A stretch of DNA of 59,531 nt, the filler included, from Asterionella formosa (taxonomy: Eukaryota), in assembly GCA_002256025.1 (NCBI GenBank). It is 12 parts of 12 records of this genome, joined end to end, with 100 filler letters (N's around TTAATTAATTAA, not from the genome) between each part and the next. Parts side by side here need not be neighbours in the genome. Positions count along the whole stretch, not along the records: positions 49,676 to 54,560 come from NKIB01013316.1; positions 54,661 to 59,531 come from NKIB01013317.1; 10 more parts are not named here. The stretch is one strand, 5' to 3'. Position 1 is the stretch's first letter; every line of letters begins with the position of its first letter. Shown here in pieces: positions 49,576-59,531 of this stretch. The notes under the pieces are model-generated. The model had not been told where the DNA came from and searched no databases. It worked only from the letters and a program-made list of their open reading frames with translations. Both the position numbers and the translations under genes were made by a program.

Positions 49576-50449
49576 NNNNNNNNNNNNNNNNNNNNNNNNN
49601 NNNNNNNNNNNNNNNNNNNTTAATTAATTAANNNNNNNNNNNNNNNNNNNNNNNNNNNNNNNNNNNNNNNNNNNNTCTTTTTCATGTAGTCCATAGGGTT
49701 CCGGGGGGTGCGGCTGACGAAAAGACAGGTCCCGTTGTACCATATGGATGAATAAAACCAGTACTAATTGTGTCCATCTATTTGGTGGGCCCGAGTGCAG
49801 TTGTCTGTACCCTTGTACCGGGGTTCGTCTGTAGGACGAGAAAATATTCTCAATCATTTCCTGAATTTTATTAGGTGCGGAATAACCTAAAATGACCCTC
49901 AGGGGCAGTTAATTTAACCTAAAATTCCCCACCTTCTTTGGTATTATAGTATAAGTACCGGTACCATGGTAATGCACTCCGCTCATTTCCCTGGGATTTC
50001 CGGGAAAGTCCGAATATTGCGAATATTTGTCCGTAAATATTTAATCAAACCAGCCATATGTGATCAAACCCTAAAAATTGCTTACCGTTATGTTCATTAT
50101 GTAGCAGTAGGGCGTTGTTGCACTGGTAGGTAACTTTTGTTCAAATTGTGTACACACCATCGTACTGGGTACCTGGTACCTGGTACCGGTCGTCAGTATA
50201 CATACGTATTCAGTATGCAAGGTAAAATCACATGATATACCGGGACTTACTACCGGTAAATTAAAAATATTTATTACTCTGGGGTATCACGATAAACCCT
50301 CACATAGAACACCACCCCTACCGGTACCTCCAAACCAAACAACCAACTGAAACCTGGTTGTATGCATATGAATATGGCGACATATGACTGTGCCAGGTAC
50401 CGTACCAGGTGAAGTATCTAACTAGAAGTAGTAGTATTTGTTGAATAAA

Positions 50450-50604
50450 TGAGCTTATTAATTAATCCTTATGTACAACTCATTTCCTGAACTGACATCA
50501 AAGTATAGAATGGGTGTTAGTCGAGTTCTCTCATTATTGAATTTCGATATATTTGATATAACCCTAACCCTATATACATCTGTATGGATGTGCAGGATTG
50601 CTCA
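50450..50604 (-). repeat. Putative short (155-bp) 3' LTR of the Gypsy element
   Basis: Minus-strand PPT gggacgagag followed directly by TGAGC; TGAGC...GCTCA terminal inverted repeat. Confidence 0.6.
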
Positions 50605-50633
50605 CTCTCGTCCCACACTTGAGGGAAAACCTT

Positions 50634-53300
50634 TTACCTATGAAAAGGTTTGATACGACAAATATTAATTCGTTCTGTAATGTGCATAGTGCGTTGAAAA
50701 GTAACTGTACCATTGGCATGTACTTGAACAATAGTATAAGGACCTCGTCCACGATTATCCAAAGTAGTAGGATTATCTAATAATATTAAAATCTTGTCAC
50801 CCACTTTGTAATCATAAGATCGACGACGGAATTTAACATGGCATAAACGTTCGTCAATTATCACTTGTCGACATTGACGTAAAAATTGTAAATCTGTAAT
50901 CAAAAGAATATTTAATATCATATCACGTTGAAAAACCCATGCTCCTGGTGAAATACATAGTATTCTATGAATAGTAGCTCGAGCTGCATATGATGCAGCT
51001 GCAAAACATGTATCCACAGTATTTTGGGCTTGAAATTCATTGATTGGAGGATGAGCCTTTAACATCAATCGTAGACTAGTCATCTAAGCCGCGAAATACG
51101 CCACTTTTCGAAATATCATTTATGTAGGAGTGTTAATGATGGGGTACTTCACATGAATTAATGCCACTCTTCCCTTAAAAAAGGTTACTTTTAACGGTTT
51201 CATGTGAAGGTTTAACGGTTTCATGTGAAGTTCTCACAATGAACTTTGAACTCAAGACTGAATTAGTTGATGTTTCAAATATTTCATTTCAAAGTCCAAC
51301 TAATATCCTGCTCTCGTTGCTAATTCATTTACTACACGCATCTTTATTTGTGAAATAGTAAGGATATTTGTAGTGTCTTATTTCATGCATGGACAATCTA
51401 CAGTTTATATTTGTGCACTTCACGTTAATAATATGAACCATTATAGTGAACAAAACTTCTCTTCGAGGTTTTCATGCGATGGTTCAGAATCATACAGTGA
51501 TTTCCAAGACAAAACTAGTTGATGTTACAACTACATATTTTAAAAGTTCAAGATAAAATTGTTTTAGAGGTAGGGTGATAAAAATGTGTAGAAATTGTAG
51601 CATTTAATCTTGTCATACCCACATGAGCTAACATCTGATGATACCAATTAATAATAGGATCCAATGATGATGTAGGAATAGCAATACGCCAAGTATCTCC
51701 TGGGTTCTTCACAAAACATATTAAGAATATATCATGAAAACTGATAGAAGGAAATTGTAGTGGATGTGTTTGTTGATTGAGAATCAATTGTATATCCAGC
51801 AATTGTCTGTCATGTATTAAATAATAATCCAGAGGATATTGAATATTGTCTGTCAATATGGGATGATTAAGGAAACATGTAAGCAAAGGTTCATCATCTA
51901 ATTCAATTGAAAAAGTAGAAGTGGAAGTTGATGTTGGAGATTTCGGTCCAATTTCAATATCATCCCCCACCAAAGACTCAAGCCTCGGGAGGCGAGATGT
52001 GGAATCTGCAATAGCTTTGTCAGTCCCTTTCACATAGTGAAAAGTAGGATGATATTCTTCAATGTAAAGTCTCCATCGTAGAACACGTTGAGTATGTAAA
52101 GTATTATAAATAAGATTTCGATGATCAGTGTGAACATGTAGAACTGCGCCCAATAACATAGAGCGAAATTCTTTGAAAGTTTCTACCACCGAAAGTAGTT
52201 CTTTTTCAATAGTAGTATAATTCTTTTGAGCAGCAGATAATTTGCGAGAATAATAAGCAACTGGGAGATCATTTTGCATAATGACCGACCCTAATTGATA
52301 ATCAGAGGCATCAGTAAAGATATGAAAAGGAAGATTATGGTCAGGATAACGCATGAGTGTATCTGCAACTAACAATGCTTCCATTTCTTCAAAAGCTTGT
52401 TGATGGATAGGTAACCAGACAAAGGGACTAGTTCCAATTAAATCTGTAAGTGGTCCAAGAACATGAGATCGTCTAGGAAACATGTCTCGATAGTAAGTAA
52501 CAGCACCGAGAAATGATCTGACTTGTTTAAGATTGGTAGGTGAAGACATGATATTAATCAATGCTCGGACCTTTTTAGACCAAGGTTTCAGTCGATTAGG
52601 ATTTAACCAATAGCCTTACCAACCTGTTTCTTGGACGGCCCATTCACACTTAGATGGATTAATTGTAAAACCATTTGTCTGTAAACGATGTAAAATAGTG
52701 TCCAATAAATGAAGGCGATCCGAAAAATTCATTGAAAAACAACCCACATCATCAATATAAATTTCCACATCATCTAAATCAAATATTTATTTAAACCAAA
52801 TGGTGTTGAAATAACGCACCAAGTTTTGACTCTCCACATCCAATGCAAAAGTATTGTATTGCACCATGGAAACATCCAATTTGGTGAAAAATACATATCC
52901 AGCACGTTTAGTGAGAATAGTTTGTATTCGAGGCAAAGGGTAAATATAGCAATTGATGACTTTATTGAGTTCACGAAAATCTGATACCCATCGGACACTT
53001 CCATCCTTTTTTGGAATAATAAAGGTGGAGATGCCCATTTAGAAGCACCACATTTTTGGAGGACTCCAATATCACATGCATAATCGTTGTAATTCGGTTT
53101 TGAAAACTTCTAATTGAATATGAGCGACCGGATATGCTTGTTGATGACGAGGGACAGCATTTGATAATAATTCCAAATGTACCTGTTTATGAGGATAGAC
53201 TTTTAATTTGCCATCAAATAATGTTTGATATTTAACCAATATAGTTCGTAAACATGATCGTTGTATTGTTGTCAAATGTATCTGTTTATCCACGACTGTA
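50634..53300 (-). mobile_element. pol: Ty3/gypsy pol remnant (RT, RNase H, integrase C-terminus), frameshifted; integrase core replaced by unrelated DNA at about 51085-51550
   Basis: [57 protein letters not shown] motif; RT-RH-IN order. Confidence 0.93.
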
Positions 53301-53368
53301 TAAAAGTGGACCAGCAACACGACCAGCTGTTGTCGTTGTCTTCCTTAAAATCGATGATCTTAAATTCA

Positions 53369-53870
53369 TTTACAGTCCCGCTGCAGTAGCAGCAGTCATA
53401 GACATACTATGGTGTTCTATTGCTTGCTTATTAGCTTCTCCGACTACCGCTTTTCAGTTTCACGATCATACAATCCTAAAACTATGATGATTTACTGTCT
53501 TACTGTTATAAAAACTATGATAATTTACTGTCCCACTGCAGTAGCAACAGTCCTGAACATATGGTGTTCTTTTGGGATTTAGTTTTACGATCATACGATC
53601 CTAAAACAATGATGCTTTACTGTCCTACGGTAGTAGCAACAGTCCTGAACATATGATGTTCTATTTGGTTTTAGTTTTACGATTATATGATCCTAAAACT
53701 ATGATAATTTACTGTCCCACTGCAGTAGCAACAGTCCTGAACATATGATGTTCTCTTTTGTTTTAGTTTTACGATCATATAATCCTAAAACTATGATGAT
53801 TTACTGTCCCACTCCTGTAGCAACAGTCCTGAACATATGGTGTTCTGTTGCTAGTTTACTACTCGGACTA
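53369..53870 (+). repeat. Tandem array of a 92-bp unit (about 5 copies)
   Basis: tcctaaaac starts at 53599, 53691 and 53783 (period 92); longer variant units at both ends. Confidence 0.92.
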
Positions 53871-55158
53871 CCCCCAGTATATCACTTACTACCTGCTACT
53901 GGTACTCTGCATATATATATGATATATTGCTATTGTCATATGATGTACCGGTACACATGAAGAGCTCCCAACCAAAAAAGGGGCTTAAACAATTTGCCAC
54001 CATAACCCTGGCGGTTATGACTTACAAGGTAAACGTAGTCGTGGAAAACAATGGACATATATTGCATTGAGTATTTTCGAATTATTTATATGCGAGTATG
54101 ATCATCTCAACCATATCAGATGTTCCATATCGAGAGCGCATTTGAATTTTATAAATGTTCAACGCTTAATATATATATATATTTACAAATTTTATTACTA
54201 TATACATGGCATATATATTTTTGAAATCGTTCTGTCTTGTTAACAAACAATGCCTGCTGCTTCATGAAAAGATACGTCGTAGTAAAGCACATGACAAGAA
54301 AAGAAAGTTTTCGCAATACATTACGAAAAACATTGTGACTTCGATACATTGGGCCTTCGAAGGATGGAGAATGTTTAAGGTAATGAAGCCATCAATGTGG
54401 TACTTGGATGACAATCGTTGGGAGGCAGGCAGGACAACAACAAATTGTTAACTAAACGCAGCCACATTTCCTTTTTTCTCAGTTGATTCAACAGCTCGTT
54501 TCGCTTGTTGGGGAGCACCAATGTAAAACAAAACCAAATTGCGTAAGTGCTCTTGTCGCTNNNNNNNNNNNNNNNNNNNNNNNNNNNNNNNNNNNNNNNN
54601 NNNNTTAATTAATTAANNNNNNNNNNNNNNNNNNNNNNNNNNNNNNNNNNNNNNNNNNNNAGAAGATGGTGTCACAAAGAGAATCACACTCACTCAAATT
54701 GCTCCTCTGTATATTCCTGTATACTTATAGGATCGAGTCTGCTGCACAGTTGGCGAAACTATTCCATCGGATTCCTGTCCAGTTCCTATTGCTACATCAG
54801 CCAGTTCAACCATATTCAGAATAATTTTGTGGATGTGGTGCCCCATTTTGTTTCCATTTATTTTGCTTTATGGGTGTGTGGTTAAAGAGGAGTTGTCAAA
54901 GCGACTCACAATAATTCAGTTTGACAAGCAGTCTTCAAACTCCACAAATCCATCATCCACCCACAAAGATGTGAACCAATCAAACCATGAACAGCCCCTA
55001 CAGGTTCCTTGGACGGATGGTGCAGAGCATACTGCTACCATTCACCCAGCAACAATGGTTGTGATGCCACCACCCAGTGCACCTTATCCTGTGGCGTCAT
55101 TGGAACAATGATCATGAAAATATGGTAACAGTTGCTTAGAAACTTAATTAATACATAT

Positions 55159-58100
55159 TGTTGGAGATATTATTTTAGGAACGAAAATCCTGGTATAAAT
55201 TACCTACTACATATTGAATCGAATGAATAAAAAAAGAATATGGTACCAGAGAAAACTCAGAATTTGAAAACAATCTACATTGTCAATAAAACCCATAATT
55301 CTACAAAAACTCTTAGGAATGATTACAATCGATAACTGCAACATCGTTCTTCATATCTACAGCCTATTTGGTCCCTGAGGTGTCCTTACAGGATACAAGA
55401 AAGCATAGAGTGCTTCGGGACGCAATTTCAACAGTTTTAATAGAATTAGCTGACCAGGAAGTGCAGCAAGATCACAATCAACAACAGGTGGACCGTTGAG
55501 AGTCCGGAGACAAGATCTGAGGGTACCAGACCATCCAGAGTCTGAAGAAGTCGCACAAGGCGCATCATGAGTGGCAAAGGAAAGTTTACCAACAAGAAGG
55601 CTCAAGCCAAGGGAGGGAGCAATATTGCTTCTCACACCATCAAGAAGTCAGTTAATGACTATAACTACTACCTTGGATCAGCAAAGCAGGCATCTGACTA
55701 TGAGACTACTACTGAGTATCTCATCAACTACATCAAGAAAGTGTTTGATTATGGCAGCAACATTGGAATCGCGCTCAAGTCATTAGAACCAATCAACACA
55801 TCGGTATGGAAGCCAAGAATGCAAGTGAGCATGGCAACAACAGAAGAAGATCGCGCTGCTGAGAATCGGCAATATGAGATTGAGTTTAAGGCTGATTATG
55901 ACACCTACAGTAAAAGGGTACAGGCCTAAAAAAATAATAATACCAAGGCATATGCGTTGCTCTAGGAAAGATGCAACAAAGCCACAAAGAACAAAATTGA
56001 GGCAAGATCCGATTACAATAGGATCAAAAAAATAACCCAATAACATTGCTTATGGCAATTAAAGAACACACACTGAATTTTCAAGAGAATCGATATTCAA
56101 TGTCGATCATTTTAGATGCGATGAGAACGCTTTTATTTACAAAGCAGGAAGAAGGAGAAAGTCTACAAGACTACACCAAGAGATTTCGTGTGGCACAGGA
56201 TGTGCTCAAGTCACACATGGGAGGACCCATTATCCTCACCAAGTTCGTTGAAGCCATGGATGGATACAATGAGAACGACATCAAGCTACGAGATAAATTT
56301 CGTGAACAAGCTTTCAGTCAATTTATGGCCTATTTATACCTCGATAATGCGGATAAAGCCATATACGGATCAATTATGACCGGGCTGAACACTCAACAGT
56401 CGCTCGGCAACGATCAAAACCCGAAGAGCATCACCGAAACAAATAATGTTCTCAGTCACCACAGGTTCGACATTACAAATAAACCCAACAGTCACAAGAA
56501 ACCAGGAGACCCTAATAAAAACAGAGAACAAAAGGATGCAAGGAATGACTCCGGATGAAACATATGAAGCAGAACAGCTTGAATTAAACAATATCCAAGA
56601 GGATGACCCTGAACCTGACGGAAACAATGAAAATAATGTTGAAACAAATGCAGATGAAATCCAAGATGAGGATGAAGAACCAGTAAATGAAACTGAAAAT
56701 GAAGAGGCAATGTTAGAAGTCAATCCAAGCACTCAGGATAACACAGACCCAAATGTTAGAAATAGCTACAAGGTCTGGAAGAGTCTCAAGACCTCCATCA
56801 AAACTAACTATGGTCCAACATCATTTGCATACCCAAGTACCCTGTCGAGAAGAATACACGACTGATAATGCGAAAGTGATCGCAAAGACAATGTGTTATA
56901 TGAATGAGATGTGTATCGATAAAGAAGCATTTCACTTTGTTCAGTCATACAGCTTAAGGAAAGGCCTCAAGAAATCTGGTCAGAAAGGAAGAGATGCTAC
57001 ATATAAAGAAATGAAACAACTACATGATAGAGTTGTATTTGAACCGATTAGGATTGAAGACCTAACCGATATCGAAAAGCGACGTGCAATGGAAAGCCTA
57101 ATTTTTTTGGTTGAAAAGAGAGATAAGAGCATTAAAGGCAGAGCATGTGCCAATGGCAGTTCGCAACGTGAATACACGGAAAGAGATGAAGCAGCTAGTC
57201 CAACTACCATGACTGAATCTGTTATGATAACAGCAACAATTGATGCGAAGCAAAATCAAGATGTTATGACTGCAGATATACCCAATGCATTTGTGCAAGT
57301 GGATATCGATGAGAAAGAAAAAGGGGAACGAATCATTATGAAGATTAGAGGTTTACTTGTCAATATGTTGACAGAACTCAGCCCCAAGGATTATGAAAAA
57401 TATGTTGTTTATGAAGGGAACAACAAGGTCCTATATGTTAGGATGATCAAGGCATTAAATGGCATGTTACAGTCATCATTGTTATATTACAAGGAATTTC
57501 GGAAGGGTATTGAATCAATTGGATTCAAGGTCAATCCAAATCCATATGATCCATGCGTTGCAAATCGCATTGCTAATGGCAAACAGCACATAGACGATTT
57601 TGAAATCTAGTCATGTGGACAGTAAAGTGAACGATCAATATTTGGAATGGCTCAAAATCAATACCCTTCTGACGAAATTGGTGAAGTCAAGGTCATGAGT
57701 GGAAAGAAGCATGATTATTTGGCTATGACGCTAGATTACTCTATTCCAGGAGTGTTGAGGGTGGACATGACCAAATATGATGTGAAATCAATGATTAATG
57801 ATTTTCCAGATAAAAATGAAGGTGTTGGAAAATTCCCATGGACAGATAAATTGTTCACAGTTGATACAAAATCAAAGAGGCTTGAATATGAAAAAGCAAA
57901 AATATTTCATACTTTTGTTATGAAAGGGATGCTCCTATGTAAGCGAGGAAGACAGGACATTCAACCAGGAATTGCATTTCTGGCAACCTGAACCACCGAA
58001 CCGAATTAAGGCAATTGGGCAAAATTAGTCAAGATCATGAATTTCTTGAAAGCAACTCAGAATGAAGTTGCATCTATGAGTGCTGATGACATTCAGAGCA

Positions 58101-58864
58101 TTAAATGGTACGTTGATGCGGCGTTTGCAGTACACAAAGATTTTAAAAGTCACACAGGAGCCACATTGTCACTTGGAAACGGAATTATTTGTACTATGTC
58201 CACAAAACAGAAAGTGAACACTAGAAGTACGACTGAAGCAGAATTGATTGGTGTAGATGATATTTTATCAAAGGTGGTGTGGACGAAATTATTTATTGAA
58301 GCACAAGGACATAAGGTGACTACAAATGTCATTTACCGTGACAACACTAGCGCCATGAAGCTAGCAGCAAATGGAAAAGCAAGTTCAGGAAAACACGCGA
58401 CATTTCAACATCAAGTATTTTTATATTACTGATCTTTTTGAAAGAAAGGAAGTACAAATCAAGTACTGTCCATCGGATGCAATGTTAGCAGACTACATGA
58501 CAAAACCACTGGTTGGAACGAAATTTATTCATTTTCGTCAGCAAGTTATGAATTCAAAGTGAGCATCCGTGTCCAGCAGGAGTGTGTTGGAGAAATTATT
58601 TTAGGAAAGAAAATCCCGGTATAAATTACCTACTACATATTGAATCGAATGAATAAAAAAAAGAATATGGTACCAGAGAAAACTCAGAATTCGAAAACAA
58701 TCTACGCCAACGCACAGTAAAACCCATAATTCTACTAAAACTCTTAGGAACGATTACAATCGATTACGGAGACATCGTTGTTCATATCTACAGCCTATTT
58801 GGTCCCCGACGTGTCCTTACAGGATACAAGAAAGCATAGAGTGCTTCCGGACGCAATTTCAACA
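55159..58864 (+). mobile_element. Copia family A element with both LTRs (55159-55433, 58585-58864), internally deleted and pseudogenised
   Basis: TGTTG...CAACA LTRs; gag from ATG 55567 (YYLGSAKQASDY) with stops; gag fused at ~56545 to the IN-RT linker; RT/RNase H highly similar to 11793-13810. Confidence 0.95.
55434..55448 (+). promoter_or_regulatory. Candidate self-primer binding site (non-tRNA PBS)
   Basis: GTTTTAATAGAATTA directly follows the 5' LTR and is complementary to the LTR-internal TAATTCTATTAAAAC. Confidence 0.6.
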
Positions 58865-59531
58865 GTATATAATACCCATTGTTTTTATGATGAAATACAA
58901 ATTTACATGCTGATGTCGTTATGATCGGACAATTGAGTTGCACAACCATTTTACCGGACACTGAGGTCGGTGTGTTCCGTTTGTACCAGCCATCTACATA
59001 CGACAAATTCTACACACGAGTATATGGAGAAACGGAATCCAGAATCAGCTTGGATGTAATGCTTGATGTCGAAATCGAGCATCACATCATCAGCATATCA
59101 CTCACACCGAGAGCGATAAGCTGGTATTGCACCTGGTACCTGGTACCACGATGATACATGTCTCACCAGTGTACATACGGCATGTACTAGTAGGTATATT
59201 TTGTGAGGGAGTATAAGGTAATGTACTGAAACTGTGTTTGGATTAAAAATGGAACAGCAATAATTCATTTGGACATTGTAACTGCATAAAATCATACACT
59301 ATTCCTCTTAACTATTACCAGTGCTCTAGAATCCCATGGATAAATGCTTTTCCTCCTTGCAAAGGAGTAACATCAGCAATGTCAACAGTCTCCACTGAAG
59401 GATGGTGGCATATATAATGCTGATTGTTACCATAATTTACAACCATTTTGTCTACTACTGCAGAGTATACTCTTGCCATCCAAGGATCGAGAAGCTCATC
59501 ATCACTGCTCATCCTCAAAACCTGTTAAAAA

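Noticed and set aside
53369..53870. CRISPR-like array
   Set aside because: Units are near-identical along their length with only a ~10-nt variable patch, with no unique spacers and no cas genes; this is a tandem repeat.
4898..54660. TTAATTAATTAA palindromes spaced about 5 kb apart
   Set aside because: Artificial six-frame-stop linkers embedded in N runs between contigs.

Overview
Eukaryotic, repeat-rich draft genome, most likely a diatom (inferred from CoDi-type Ty1/copia gag/pol motifs, a diatom-like PGRL1 fragment and short GT-AG introns). The window is not contiguous: it is 12 unrelated contigs of about 4.6-4.9 kb joined by artificial 100-nt N/TTAATTAATTAA linkers, so synteny across linkers means nothing. 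Host genes: complete 5-exon ABCE1/RLI1, intronless Eco1/ESCO acetyltransferase, two intron-containing hypothetical genes and a frameshifted ARM-repeat gene. The rest is transposon debris (at least two Copia families, Gypsy, MULE, PIF/Harbinger, pogo/ITm-like, Plavaka-like, Crypton-like tyrosine recombinase, MITEs), a nad1 NUMT and a captured PGRL1 fragment. Two observations stand out. (1) A Ty1/copia element has no tRNA primer-binding site; the 15 nt after its 5' LTR are instead complementary to a segment inside its own LTR, the geometry of Tf1-type self-priming. (2) A pervasive TA-to-TA(N1-5)TA micro-insertion signature (21 copies of TACCGGTA plus 8 polymorphisms between paralogous repeats) looks like mass excision footprints of TA-targeting DNA transposons.
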